Positions 1-9,408 of a stretch of DNA of 36,121 nucleotides are shown one piece after another (position 1 is the first letter of the stretch; every line of letters starts with the position of its first letter). Below the pieces are notes generated by a model. That model had not been told where the DNA came from. It searched no databases and saw only the letters and a program-made list of their open reading frames with translations. The stretch spans positions 1-36,121 of IMG/VR virus record IMGVR_UViG_3300004240_000026. The stretch is one strand, 5' to 3'. The DNA is from a virus (Duplodnaviria > Caudoviricetes). The position numbers were made by a program, and so were the translations under genes.

Positions 1-8
1 CAGGCAGT

Positions 9-1838
9 TTGAATAACCCATTCCCAGCGAATGCATACACATACACAACAGGCCAGTCTTACACGCCTGCGCTGTATGGCGGTTCAGCTTACTTTGACGG
101 TAGCGGTGATTATTTGGTTACGCCTTCGAGTAACCAATTTCAATTTGGTGGCAACCTGACAATTGAGTTTTGGGTTAATTTCACTACTGTTGCAGGAACG
201 CAAGACCTGATTGGTAACTATGTTTCCAATGTGTCAACAGATTGGATTGTTATTATGAGTGGTACTGGGATTCAATTCTATCCTAGTGGTTCCTCGTCTT
301 ATGTGTATTCTGGAGCCTCTTCTGTAACCACAAACACTTGGTACCACGTTGCAGCAGTAAGGTCAGGCAGTACTTGCTCTTTATATATAAACGGTGCCTC
401 TGTAGGAACACCACTAACAGTTTCTACTACGATTGGTGACGCTAGTAAACCAGTATATATCGGTGCAAGGTCAGGACCTTCAAGCTTCTTTAGTGGGTAT
501 ATTGCCGACCTCCGGATTGTCAAGGGTCAAGCACTTTATGTAGCCGGATTCATTCCACCAGCAGCACCATTACAAGCAGTTAAGAACACAACCTTGCTGC
601 TCAACATGGACAAAGCCGGTGCTGCAGACAGCAGCCGTACATTTGATTTTGAAACAGTTGGCGATGCAAAGGTTCGCTACGAGACACCATACGCTGGGTC
701 TTACTACAGCAACTACTTTGACGGTACTGGTGATTATTTGACCGTGCCAACTAACGCGGCGTTTGGTTATGGAACGGGAGACTTTACAATTGAGTTCTGG
801 ATGTATCCAAGCAATGTGGCTGCTGATCAGACAGTATTTAGTAACCTTAGTTCCGGAAGTAGCGTTAACCCGCACTTCTATATTCTTGGTGGGTCAAACG
901 TATTAAGGTATTACACAAATAGCGCAGACAGACTAAGTAGCGCAGCTTTAAGTAGCAACACTTGGTATCATATTGCTCTGACTAGGGCCTCTGGGTCCAC
1001 AAAGCTGTTTGTAAATGGAGTGCAAGCAGGATCAGCTTACGCCGATGCTAACGATTATGGAGCTTCGGCACCTGCGGGGATTGGTACATATTGGTCAGGC
1101 GGTTCCCCTGTATCGACGCTTACTTTTTCAGGTACTCTTACTAATGTCCGTACTGTCAAAGGCACAGCTGTATACACAGCCAACTTTACACCACCTACAG
1201 CTCCGCTGACGGCGATTAGTGGTACGTCATTTTTAACATGCCAATCACGCTCGCTCGTAGACAGCAGCCCCAACGCTTTGACAATTACTCGCACTGGTGA
1301 TGTAGCAGTTCGGGCGTTCAACCCATTCCAAGCTGCTACTTACAGCAGTGTGTACTTTGACGGTAGCGGTGATTATTTGACCGCCCCAAGCAATCCAGGA
1401 TATCAGTTTGGGACAGGCGACTTTACTGTAGAGGGGTGGTTGTATCTCACCGGAAATCAAAATTTTGGTGCAATGTTTATTTCGTCAACTACTGGTACAG
1501 GAAACGCCCTTCATATACAAATCAACAATGCAAATAAAGTCAGGGTTACCAATGAAACTACTGAATTTTTATTAGCAACTAACGCAATACCGACTAATAC
1601 ATGGGTATACGTTGCTGTTGTTCGCTCCGGAACTACTCTCTCAATATATCAAAACGGAGTTTTAAACGGTTCAACAACAAATAGCACTAATTTCACTCAA
1701 AACGGTGCAGTAGTCGGGTATGAGATGGTTGGCAGTAATTTCTATTACGCCGGTTATATTGCCGACCTGCGTATCACCAAGGCTGCTCGTTACACAGCCA
1801 CCTTCACACCACCAACAGCCCCACTGCCTACAGCATAA
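9..1838 (+). CDS. Tail fibre/adhesin with three LamG (concanavalin A-like) domains; probably 5'-truncated by the window edge
   Basis: Three copies of YFDGSGDYL...FTIEFW...WYHVA.VRSG...LY.NG...GYIADLRI.K...Y...F.PP.APL. The frame stays open to the window start, so the TTG at 9 is probably not the true start. Confidence 0.85.
   Translation: MNNPFPANAYTYTTGQSYTPALYGGSAYFDGSGDYLVTPSSNQFQFGGNLTIEFWVNFTTVAGTQDLIGNYVSNVSTDWIVIMSGTGIQFYPSGSSSYVYSGASSVTTNTWYHVAAVRSGSTCSLYINGASVGTPLTVSTTIGDASKPVYIGARSGPSSFFSGYIADLRIVKGQALYVAGFIPPAAPLQAVKNTTLLLNMDKAGAADSSRTFDFETVGDAKVRYETPYAGSYYSNYFDGTGDYLTVPTNAAFGYGTGDFTIEFWMYPSNVAADQTVFSNLSSGSSVNPHFYILGGSNVLRYYTNSADRLSSAALSSNTWYHIALTRASGSTKLFVNGVQAGSAYADANDYGASAPAGIGTYWSGGSPVSTLTFSGTLTNVRTVKGTAVYTANFTPPTAPLTAISGTSFLTCQSRSLVDSSPNALTITRTGDVAVRAFNPFQAATYSSVYFDGSGDYLTAPSNPGYQFGTGDFTVEGWLYLTGNQNFGAMFISSTTGTGNALHIQINNANKVRVTNETTEFLLATNAIPTNTWVYVAVVRSGTTLSIYQNGVLNGSTTNSTNFTQNGAVVGYEMVGSNFYYAGYIADLRITKAARYTATFTPPTAPLPTA
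90..1383 (+). repeat. Three near-identical 27-nt direct repeats at LamG module starts (90-116, 714-740, 1353-1379)
   Basis: TACTTTGACGGTAGCGGTGATTATTTG is identical at 90 and 1353; the copy at 714 differs at two positions. Confidence 0.85.
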
Positions 1839-1847
1839 AGGTATAGC

Positions 1848-2330
1848 ATGACTACGCAAATTATTCAGCCAAACGTAGACGCCACATTCTTGGCCACGCT
1901 GGCCACGCTAGTAGGTAGAGAAACGCTATCAAAGAAGACTTTGAAAGCTCCCTTCGAGTTGATAACGGTGTTGGCCTCGGCTCCTACTTCGACCATGCAG
2001 TATGACGTTTTGACTCAGTCAATCCTATATTACACCAACAACAACACAACCAACTTTACTTGGAATATTCGCGGCAATAGCGGGACAACACTTGACTCTA
2101 CGTTGGCAATTGGCGAAGCCATGACAATTGTGCTAATGGTTACAAACGGAGCAACACCATACTACCCAACTGCATACACTGTAGATGGGATAAGCATCAC
2201 GCCTAAGTACCAGAACAGCTACGTTATCAATCAGGGCAACCCTAGCGCGGTTGATATCTATACCTTAACGCTTATCAAAACTGCTTCTGTTACGTATACT
2301 GCACTGGTTTCTCAAACTGCGTTTGCATAA
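1848..2330 (+). CDS. Hypothetical virion/tail-associated beta-rich protein
   Basis: AAGGT SD; Thr-rich beta-strand-like pattern; lies between fibre genes. Confidence 0.6.
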   Translation: MTTQIIQPNVDATFLATLATLVGRETLSKKTLKAPFELITVLASAPTSTMQYDVLTQSILYYTNNNTTNFTWNIRGNSGTTLDSTLAIGEAMTIVLMVTNGATPYYPTAYTVDGISITPKYQNSYVINQGNPSAVDIYTLTLIKTASVTYTALVSQTAFA

Positions 2331-2339
2331 GGATTAGCC

Positions 2340-3746
2340 ATGCCTATTTTGTCTGGCCGCAGCACAGCTAGTCTTTTGATATTAGGCGACGCAACTGTTG
2401 CTCCATACAACGTAGTTCAACCGTCCATTACTGCATCAGGTTCTGTTGTTGAGGGTGCTGTGCTGACACGAACTAACGGTATTTGGAAAGGCGCTTTGCC
2501 TATTACAACCAGCCCGCAGTGGACACGTAATGGCGTTCACATTGCTGGTGCAACTTCTAATACGTACACTATCGAAGCTGCCGACGTTGGCACGGCTATC
2601 ACTTGCGAAGTTACAGCAACAAACAACTACGGTAGCAATACTTCCGTAGCATCAAACAGCTTTACCCCACAGCCTTCTATCCCCACTGGAAGTATTATCA
2701 TGTACAACGGGGCAAACCCCGGACTTACTGGGTGGTCACGTTACGCTGCTGCTGATGGCCTGTATATTCAAGGTACGGCAACTCAAGCTGAGATCACAAC
2801 AACCGTTGCGGCTTCTGGCACGATATCTGCCTCGTACTCGCTTGGGACTGCGGGGGCTCATTCTTCATCCAATCCGCGATATATCGACTCTTCCGCAAAC
2901 GCCGGGTCCAATACCATTGTTGATTACCAGACCGCCGGTAATCACACGCATACATCTCCGTCAATATCTATTAGCTTGTCTGCCGCTCGCCCGTACACAA
3001 CAGAGGCTACTCTGCTGATTGCAACACAAAGTCAAGCGCAATTTCCAGCCAATACAATCCACATGCGGGATACCTCCGAAGCCGGGTGGACCCAGAAAGT
3101 CGCAACCACAGCCACACGAAATATTCGTGGTGGCGCATCTGGCATAGTTGACGTCAACAGAGTATCTGCATCTAACAGTGCAACTTCAGGAACAGGCGGA
3201 GCGCACGATCACTTCGTTGCTTATGCGTCTAAAGCCGCAAGTACTACTGCTCCGGGGCAGACTCGAAACCTCTCAAGCACTGTAGGACAAAGCCACACAC
3301 ATACGGTTACAGGCACTGCCTTTATCAACAACTTGGGGACCAGAGCGCTGAAGTTATGGCTTGCTGCATCTGCTGCTGATGCATTAACAGGCGATATGGT
3401 TATGTTTGCAGGCAGTCTATCTGCGCTGCCCTCATACTGGAAAATCTGCGACGGCACAAACGGCACTGTGGACATGCGTGACTGGTTTCTTGGATACTCA
3501 AACTCTTCGGCTACAGCGCATGGCGCAACGGTCAATAAAACGTCTTCTGTGTCAGGCACTACATCTACCAACACATGGTCTCATACGCACGGCGCGTCCT
3601 CCACAAGTACTGCGTTCATCACAACAGGTGTGTACCATATGACTGATACTGCTTCGCATTCCCATACAGTGGGTACCAGCGGTATCACAGACAATTACAT
3701 CCCGCCATCCATCAAACTGGCTTTTATTCAATACGTTCCCGTTTAA
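2340..3746 (+). CDS. Tail fibre protein: N-terminal Ig-like domain plus three collar/His-x-His modules
   Basis: Ig-like QWTRNG..IAGATSNTYT..ADVG..ITCEVTATN; collar-like IPTGSIIMY and GDMVMFAG..LPSYWKICDGTNGT.DMRD.F; several HxH motifs (NHTH, AHDH, SHTH, SHSH). Confidence 0.8.
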   Translation: MPILSGRSTASLLILGDATVAPYNVVQPSITASGSVVEGAVLTRTNGIWKGALPITTSPQWTRNGVHIAGATSNTYTIEAADVGTAITCEVTATNNYGSNTSVASNSFTPQPSIPTGSIIMYNGANPGLTGWSRYAAADGLYIQGTATQAEITTTVAASGTISASYSLGTAGAHSSSNPRYIDSSANAGSNTIVDYQTAGNHTHTSPSISISLSAARPYTTEATLLIATQSQAQFPANTIHMRDTSEAGWTQKVATTATRNIRGGASGIVDVNRVSASNSATSGTGGAHDHFVAYASKAASTTAPGQTRNLSSTVGQSHTHTVTGTAFINNLGTRALKLWLAASAADALTGDMVMFAGSLSALPSYWKICDGTNGTVDMRDWFLGYSNSSATAHGATVNKTSSVSGTTSTNTWSHTHGASSTSTAFITTGVYHMTDTASHSHTVGTSGITDNYIPPSIKLAFIQYVPV

Positions 3747-3754
3747 GGTAAATC

Positions 3755-4039
3755 ATGGACTACACATACGTTTCAATTGATATGTACAACAAAAGTGTTA
3801 CTTGCCGTTTTGGTGGTACCACATATATTTTTTCCTCCCCTCAAAAGTTTGTTGATTTGACCGGGTTTCCCTTCTTAGACACCGTGCGCATGTTGTCTTA
3901 CGAACCAGAACGGAACTTGTATGTAATTGAGTACGCCGGTGGTGTTGCTAATCAAGGCGGAGATTTAGAAGAAATGCGCTGGATTGGCGCAAATATCGGT
4001 AACATCCACCAGGCCGCGATGTCAGATCAACACACCTAA
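3755..4039 (+). CDS. Hypothetical protein, possibly a fibre assembly factor
   Basis: AAGGT SD; directly follows a fibre gene. Function inferred from position only. Confidence 0.5.
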   Translation: MDYTYVSIDMYNKSVTCRFGGTTYIFSSPQKFVDLTGFPFLDTVRMLSYEPERNLYVIEYAGGVANQGGDLEEMRWIGANIGNIHQAAMSDQHT

Positions 4040-4048
4040 AGGATATAC

Positions 4049-5113
4049 ATGAAAATTGCCATATACGCCATCAGTAAAAACGAAGAACAATTTGTAAAAC
4101 GTTTCTGTGAATCTGCTAAAGATGCCGACCTTATTCTTATTGCTGATACTGGTTCTACAGATAACACCGCTAGTCTGGCCCGTTCTTTGGGCGCTACGGT
4201 GTACGATATCTCCGTTAAACCTTGGCGTTTTGACAAAGCCCGTGACACTGCACTTAACTTAATTCCCGGAGACTTTGATGTCTGCATCTCCCTTGACCTT
4301 GACGAAGTCATGGAATCCGGATGGCGAGAAGAAATTGAGCGAGTCTGGAAAGACGACACGACACGTCTACGCTACAAGTTTGACTGGGGTTGTGGAATTA
4401 GTTTCTTCTACGAAAAGATTCATCATCGCACCGGCTATCACTGGCACCATCCAGTTCACGAGTACCCCCGCGCTGACAACCGTACAAAGGAAGTTTACGC
4501 CCACACAGATATGCTGCTAGTCAGCCACCACCCAGACCCAACAAAGTCTCGTGGTCAGTACATGCCGCTGTTGGAATTGGCTGTAGCAGAAGACCCCCGC
4601 TGCCCACGCAATGCGTTTTACCATGCCCGTGAGTTGACGTTCTATTCCCGTTGGCAAGATGCGATTAATGCATTGAACAAATACTTGGCCATGCCCGAGG
4701 CCAACTGGCAGAACGAGCGATGCTACGCCATGCGTTTACTGGCTAAATCCTATGCCGAACTTGGCCACAATAACGAAGCCCTGAAATGGGCTCGCCTTGC
4801 TGTTGCTGAAGCCCCCGGAACCCGCGAGCCATGGGTTGAATTGTCTTTGGCTACGTACCGCCAGTCTATGTGGGCTGAGTCTTATGCTGCTGCTTTATCT
4901 GCACTGGAAATTAAAGATAAGCAATTGGTGTATACGATGGACCCCTCGGTGTGGACTGAGAAACCATATGATCTAGCAAGCATTGCCGCTTGGAACCTTG
5001 GACTTAAAGATTCTGCTATTGAATTTTGCAAAAAAGCTTTAGAATTCAATCCTACAGATAGCAGGCTTATTGCAAATCTTGCATCTATGAAACCTACCGT
5101 GGAGTCGACATGA
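4049..5113 (+). CDS. Family 2 (GT-A) glycosyltransferase with C-terminal TPR repeats
   Basis: ISKNEE, DTGSTD, F..ARD.AL, DLDE (DxD) and VHE motifs, followed by helical TPR-like repeats ending KKALEFNPTD.RL..NL. Confidence 0.88.
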   Translation: MKIAIYAISKNEEQFVKRFCESAKDADLILIADTGSTDNTASLARSLGATVYDISVKPWRFDKARDTALNLIPGDFDVCISLDLDEVMESGWREEIERVWKDDTTRLRYKFDWGCGISFFYEKIHHRTGYHWHHPVHEYPRADNRTKEVYAHTDMLLVSHHPDPTKSRGQYMPLLELAVAEDPRCPRNAFYHARELTFYSRWQDAINALNKYLAMPEANWQNERCYAMRLLAKSYAELGHNNEALKWARLAVAEAPGTREPWVELSLATYRQSMWAESYAAALSALEIKDKQLVYTMDPSVWTEKPYDLASIAAWNLGLKDSAIEFCKKALEFNPTDSRLIANLASMKPTVEST

Positions 5114-5469
5114 TCGGACGTCTGATCGCACTGCTGTTTCTAAGCCGTGAATACGCGCACAGAGCCCACTTGCGCACAACAAGTTACGCCCAGCATGTAG
5201 CGCTGGGAGAGTTTTATCCTAGTATTGTGGATATTGCAGACTCATTGACCGAGGCTTACCAAGGTCGTAATGGCATCATTGAAGACATTCCCATGCTGGA
5301 AGAAACAGACACTGGTGAACCAGCCGACGTATTGGCCCGTCATTTAGATTCTGTAGAAAAGATGCGATACACAGCAGTCGACAAAACAGATACTGCGCTT
5401 CAGAACATTCTTGATGAAGCCGTTGCTGAGTATTTGAGTACGCTATATAAACTCAGGAATTTGAAATAA
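5110..5469 (+). CDS. Ferritin/Dps-like four-helix protein (DUF5856-like)
   Basis: H..HL.T.SYAQH.ALGEFY......D...E.YQG..G and LQNILDE......TLYKL..L patterns. Confidence 0.75.
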   Translation: MIGRLIALLFLSREYAHRAHLRTTSYAQHVALGEFYPSIVDIADSLTEAYQGRNGIIEDIPMLEETDTGEPADVLARHLDSVEKMRYTAVDKTDTALQNILDEAVAEYLSTLYKLRNLK

Positions 5470-5702
5470 TGGACAACCAGCAAATATTCAATTTCTTTGT
5501 AGCAATCGCCGCTTTTTTAGTGGCGTATGTGTTTAATCAAACAACTCGCAAAATTCAAAAGTTGGAAGATGATGCCAACGCAATGCGCGAAATGATGCTT
5601 AGAGACTACGTCCAAAAAGACGACTACAAAAATGATATTGCTGAGATCAAAACAATTTTGCGCCAGATATTCGATAAGCTAGATTCAAAACAAGACAAAT
5701 GA
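5469..5702 (+). CDS. Small single-TM coiled-coil protein (lysis-cluster/holin-like)
   Basis: N-terminal hydrophobic helix, then a charged heptad segment (YVQKDDY...IFDKLD.K.DK); TAATG coupling to the upstream gene. Confidence 0.6.
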   Translation: MDNQQIFNFFVAIAAFLVAYVFNQTTRKIQKLEDDANAMREMMLRDYVQKDDYKNDIAEIKTILRQIFDKLDSKQDK

Positions 5703-5703
5703 A

Positions 5704-5991
5704 ATGCGCTGGCTCACCCTCCTATTGCTGTTGGGGTTGGTTGGAGCTGTAGCCAAAGATGGATGCTATGTGCGTGAGTTCTACAGTATTGCTTGGACTA
5801 TCCACAACCCGTCCGAGCGGCATCAGCAGATGTCAATGTGGCTTACAAACAATGTGCGGTTTTGCAGAAGCCAAGACTTAGTAGTCATTTGGAACAACCT
5901 GTCCGAGTGGGCGGGCGCGGCGGATTCGGCAGAGCTTAGGGGTAAGGTCGTTCATGGGTACAAAGATGCGCTTGATCGGGAAAAGAAGTGA
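5704..5991 (+). CDS. Hypothetical exported protein
   Basis: Signal-peptide-like N-terminus MRWLTLLLLLGLVGAVA; two Cys; tight operon packing. Confidence 0.6.
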   Translation: MRWLTLLLLLGLVGAVAKDGCYVREFYSIAWTIHNPSERHQQMSMWLTNNVRFCRSQDLVVIWNNLSEWAGAADSAELRGKVVHGYKDALDREKK

Positions 5992-6227
5992 AGATCAGTT
6001 TCGACAAATGGTATCCGATAGTCCAACCTACCGCGACCACGCAGACAGATGTGTTTGCCAAGCGGGTGGAAAGACTTGACGCTGAGAGGGCTGTGCAGGT
6101 ACAGATTGACCAGCAGGTAAAGAAGTTTCATCAATATGAGTATGAAATTTATGAGTACAGAATGCGACAGATCACGGTAAACATTGATATCACAAACCTT
6201 AAACGCGAGATTGACAAACTTGTATGA
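5988..6227 (+). CDS. Hypothetical protein
   Basis: GTGA and ATGA overlaps with both neighbours. Confidence 0.6.
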   Translation: MKISFDKWYPIVQPTATTQTDVFAKRVERLDAERAVQVQIDQQVKKFHQYEYEIYEYRMRQITVNIDITNLKREIDKLV

Positions 6228-6505
6228 CCAGAAAACCAATACCTAAACCAAAAAAGCCGCAGATAGAAGTAAAGGACAAGCTAACGCTGTGGGTTACGCT
6301 CATGGTAAGCACTACCCTGTGTCTATCCGTATTGGCCATGGTAATCAGTTTTATGCTGGGCTTGTGGGCAAAGGAAGTAGACAACGCCGAGATTTTCAAA
6401 ATGATTTCACCAGCTTTTTCTACTCTTATCGGCGGCATGATTGGGTTCCTATCTGGTATCAAACTCATGCAAAATGAAGACAAATCAAAATCTTGTAAGG
6501 ACTAA
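6224..6505 (+). CDS. Two-TM membrane protein (holin/antiholin candidate)
   Basis: Basic N-terminus and two hydrophobic helices; in the lysis cluster. Confidence 0.6.
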   Translation: MTRKPIPKPKKPQIEVKDKLTLWVTLMVSTTLCLSVLAMVISFMLGLWAKEVDNAEIFKMISPAFSTLIGGMIGFLSGIKLMQNEDKSKSCKD

Positions 6506-6507
6506 CT

Positions 6508-7002
6508 ATGTTTGAAGTATTAAGTGGTGGTATTTTGGGTTCTGTCTTTGGTGGCCTGTTCCGTATGGCTCCAGAGGTGCTGAAGTTCTTTGATAAAAAG
6601 AATGAGCGCCAACATGAACTGTTAATGTTTACCCGTCAGTGCGAATTAGAAACGCTGCGTGGTCAACAGAAGTTGGCTGAGATTGGCGCACAGCGGGAAG
6701 CCGCTATTGACGTAGGCGTTATGGATGCGTTTCAGTCTGCGATAGAACAACAAGCCACAATGGTCAAAGCTGCCGGTGGGTGGGCTGCTAGTCTGTCAGC
6801 TTCTGTGCGTCCAATCGTTACGTACTGGGTATTGTTTGTGTGGAGCTTTATCCACGTATGGTTTGCATGGAATGCGTGGCTTGCCGGTGCGCCAGCTATA
6901 GAAGTATTTAAAACCATGATGACACCAGACTTCTCAGCACTATTGGCTGGGACAATAAACTTCTGGTTCCTTGACCGTACATTGGCTAAGCGTGGGTTAT
7001 GA
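6508..7002 (+). CDS. Holin-like membrane protein
   Basis: Gly-rich N-terminal helix, coiled coil, SVRP.VTY followed by two TM helices and FWF.DR; ATGA overlap with the endolysin gene. Confidence 0.65.
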   Translation: MFEVLSGGILGSVFGGLFRMAPEVLKFFDKKNERQHELLMFTRQCELETLRGQQKLAEIGAQREAAIDVGVMDAFQSAIEQQATMVKAAGGWAASLSASVRPIVTYWVLFVWSFIHVWFAWNAWLAGAPAIEVFKTMMTPDFSALLAGTINFWFLDRTLAKRGL

Positions 7003-7442
7003 ATCTAGAATTAGCCGCAGAGATGTGCAAACGGTTTGAGGGCTTTCGCTCCAAGCCGTACCTTTGCCCTGCCAATGTAGCCACAATTGGCTACGGTTCT
7101 ACCTACTACGCAGACAAGCGCAAGGTGACATTGGAAGACGCACCAATGAGCCAGCAAGAGGCTCACGCCCTTTTGATGATTGAGCTTGAGCATACGTATT
7201 TACCCGGAGTTCTGCGTAACTGTCCGGGCCTAATCACTGACGTACGTAAGTGCAATGCCATTGTGGACTTCTGTTATAACCTAGGTACGGGGCGCTTGCA
7301 AACATCTACGTTAAAGAGGAAAATCAACGCCGGGGATTGGGAAGGTGCAAAAGAACAACTGATGCTCTGGACCAAAGGCGGCGGCAAAGTTTTGCCTGGT
7401 CTGCTTAAACGACGTGTGGCGGAATGTTCTTTATTGGACTAG
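6999..7442 (+). CDS. Endolysin, GH24 phage lysozyme
   Basis: Catalytic E-x8-C-x5-T (FEGFRSKPYLCPANVATIGYG), F.YNLG.G....STL..KIN, and GL.KRR.AE. Confidence 0.95.
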   Translation: MNLELAAEMCKRFEGFRSKPYLCPANVATIGYGSTYYADKRKVTLEDAPMSQQEAHALLMIELEHTYLPGVLRNCPGLITDVRKCNAIVDFCYNLGTGRLQTSTLKRKINAGDWEGAKEQLMLWTKGGGKVLPGLLKRRVAECSLLD

Positions 7443-7487
7443 TATGTATGCGTAACCCCGTATGTAACAACTTTTTAAGGAGCCAAT

Positions 7488-7721
7488 ATGGCAATCGGTT
7501 TTGAACAATTTATGGAAGCAACAGGCGCTGAGTTAGTTGCTGGCAATATCATCGTAGGCGTGATGGCTGGTCGTAAGAAGGTCGGTAGCTTGGACGATGA
7601 CGGCGTGTTTAACCTCAACGATGATGGCAAAGCATTGGCTGAAGAAATTGAAGCTGACGAAAAAAAGGCAGCCAAGCCCAAGAAAGCCGAGGCTCCTGCT
7701 GAAGCCGCTCCCAAAGTTTAA
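7488..7721 (+). CDS. Hypothetical protein with Lys/Ala/Pro-rich tail
   Basis: Strong TAAGGAG SD; clean ORF. Confidence 0.75.
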   Translation: MAIGFEQFMEATGAELVAGNIIVGVMAGRKKVGSLDDDGVFNLNDDGKALAEEIEADEKKAAKPKKAEAPAEAAPKV

Positions 7722-7737
7722 TTGAGGAAGTGGGATC

Positions 7738-9408
7738 ATGCCCGGATTACGTATTGATAATTTTTCCGGTATTGTGCCGAGGACTGGTCCCACTGCGCTT
7801 GAAGGAAACCAAGCGCAAATAGCTAACAACGCCAAACTAACGTCTCTCGAGATTCGTCCTTGGCGCACCCCCACTTTAGAATACACACCCAACGGTGGTG
7901 CTAGTGTTCAATCAATTTTTAAGTTCAGCGGCCCATCTGGCACAACACCTGTTTGGCTTGAGTGGAACTACGACGTAGACGTTGTACCTGGCCCCGTGGC
8001 CGACTTATCTGAATTTCGCTTGTACTTTACAAGCTCAGGGTTTACCCCTAGGAAGACTAACTGGGCGCTTGCAACCAGTTCAGCAACTGCACCGTACCCA
8101 AACAATTATTATGAGATGGGTGTCCCTGTTCCCGCAGGTGCACCAACAGTAACTAAAGCTGGTACAGGCACTGCACCTTCCGAGGACCGTTCTTATATAT
8201 ACACTTATGTCACCACGTTTGGTAATGTGGCAGAGGAGTCAGCACCTAGTCCTGCTACTCTTATTTCCGCTGTCAATACCTCAGGTGACTCCGTAACCAT
8301 TACAGGATTCTCAACCCCGCCTTCCGGTAACTACAACTTCACGCACCGCCGCATCTACCGGTCTGTCATTGGGGCTACTACAGCTTCGTACTTGCTGGTA
8401 GCCGAAATCCCAATTGCTACGACTACCTACGTAGATACAAAGACTGCTACCCAGCTAGGTGCGGTCCTCTCGTCTCTCTATTTCACACCCCCGCCCTCTA
8501 CACTGCAGGGTATTGTGTCAATGCCTAACGGCCTGCTGGCAGGGTTTACTGGTAATCAAATCTGGTTCTGTGAGCCATACCTACCCCATGCTTGGCCTGC
8601 TCCATACATGCTAACTACCGATTACCCGATTGTCGGACTTGGCGTGTTTGGTAATTCATTGTTTGTGGGAACCACGCGCAATCCTTACATGGTAACTGGT
8701 ACGACACCGTCCAGCATGATGCAAGAGAAGCTGTCACTGGTGCAGCCTTGCGTGTCCAAGAAATCTATTGTGTCCGACCAGTATGGCGTTCTGTACGCGA
8801 GCCCCAACGGTTTAGTGTCTATCTCCCCTGGTTCACAAGAGGTGATGTCTAATGCTTTGTACACCCGTGAGGAGTGGCAGTTATTAAACCCGTCGAGCAT
8901 GATAGGTGCTGTGTACAACAACATGTACTTTGGGTTCTACCAGACTGTGGCTGGGGCTCGTAAGTCCATCATTATTCTGCGTGGGGATAACCCGCCCTTG
9001 GCTACGTTTGATTCAAACGCTAAAGCCAAGTTTGTTGAGCCTGTCACTGGCACAGTGTATTTCTTGTCTGCTGCTGATAACAAAATTTACTCACTGGATA
9101 CCAACGCAGCCGCTAATACTGTGTTTACATGGCGGTCTAAAAAGTTTATCCACAACCGGCCTACAACATATGCTGCACTGCAACTACACGCAGATTACGT
9201 ATACATGGCGGCTAATGCAGGCTCGTACCTTACAGTCAATTTGTACGCTGAGGGCCAAGGCGTATTAACAATTAATATGACCAGTGATGAGCCTATTAGG
9301 GTTCCAAGCGTGACCCGGTCGTACTACTGGGAAATTGAAGTCACAGGTAATGTTCCTGTACGCCGTATTACTGTGGCTACATCTGTCGATGAGTTGGAGA
9401 TGGCGTAA
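7738..9408 (+). CDS. Tail nozzle/stabilisation-type structural protein
   Basis: N-terminal I.NFSGI.PR pattern, beta-propeller-like body (FCEPYLPHAWP, YASPNGLV), C-terminal WRSKKF...W.IEV.G; precedes fibre and ejection genes. Confidence 0.7.
   Translation: MPGLRIDNFSGIVPRTGPTALEGNQAQIANNAKLTSLEIRPWRTPTLEYTPNGGASVQSIFKFSGPSGTTPVWLEWNYDVDVVPGPVADLSEFRLYFTSSGFTPRKTNWALATSSATAPYPNNYYEMGVPVPAGAPTVTKAGTGTAPSEDRSYIYTYVTTFGNVAEESAPSPATLISAVNTSGDSVTITGFSTPPSGNYNFTHRRIYRSVIGATTASYLLVAEIPIATTTYVDTKTATQLGAVLSSLYFTPPPSTLQGIVSMPNGLLAGFTGNQIWFCEPYLPHAWPAPYMLTTDYPIVGLGVFGNSLFVGTTRNPYMVTGTTPSSMMQEKLSLVQPCVSKKSIVSDQYGVLYASPNGLVSISPGSQEVMSNALYTREEWQLLNPSSMIGAVYNNMYFGFYQTVAGARKSIIILRGDNPPLATFDSNAKAKFVEPVTGTVYFLSAADNKIYSLDTNAAANTVFTWRSKKFIHNRPTTYAALQLHADYVYMAANAGSYLTVNLYAEGQGVLTINMTSDEPIRVPSVTRSYYWEIEVTGNVPVRRITVATSVDELEMA

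Noticed and set aside
7035-7082. Cys instead of Asp in the lysozyme catalytic triad
   Set aside because: E-x8-C-x5-T is a known common GH24 variant.
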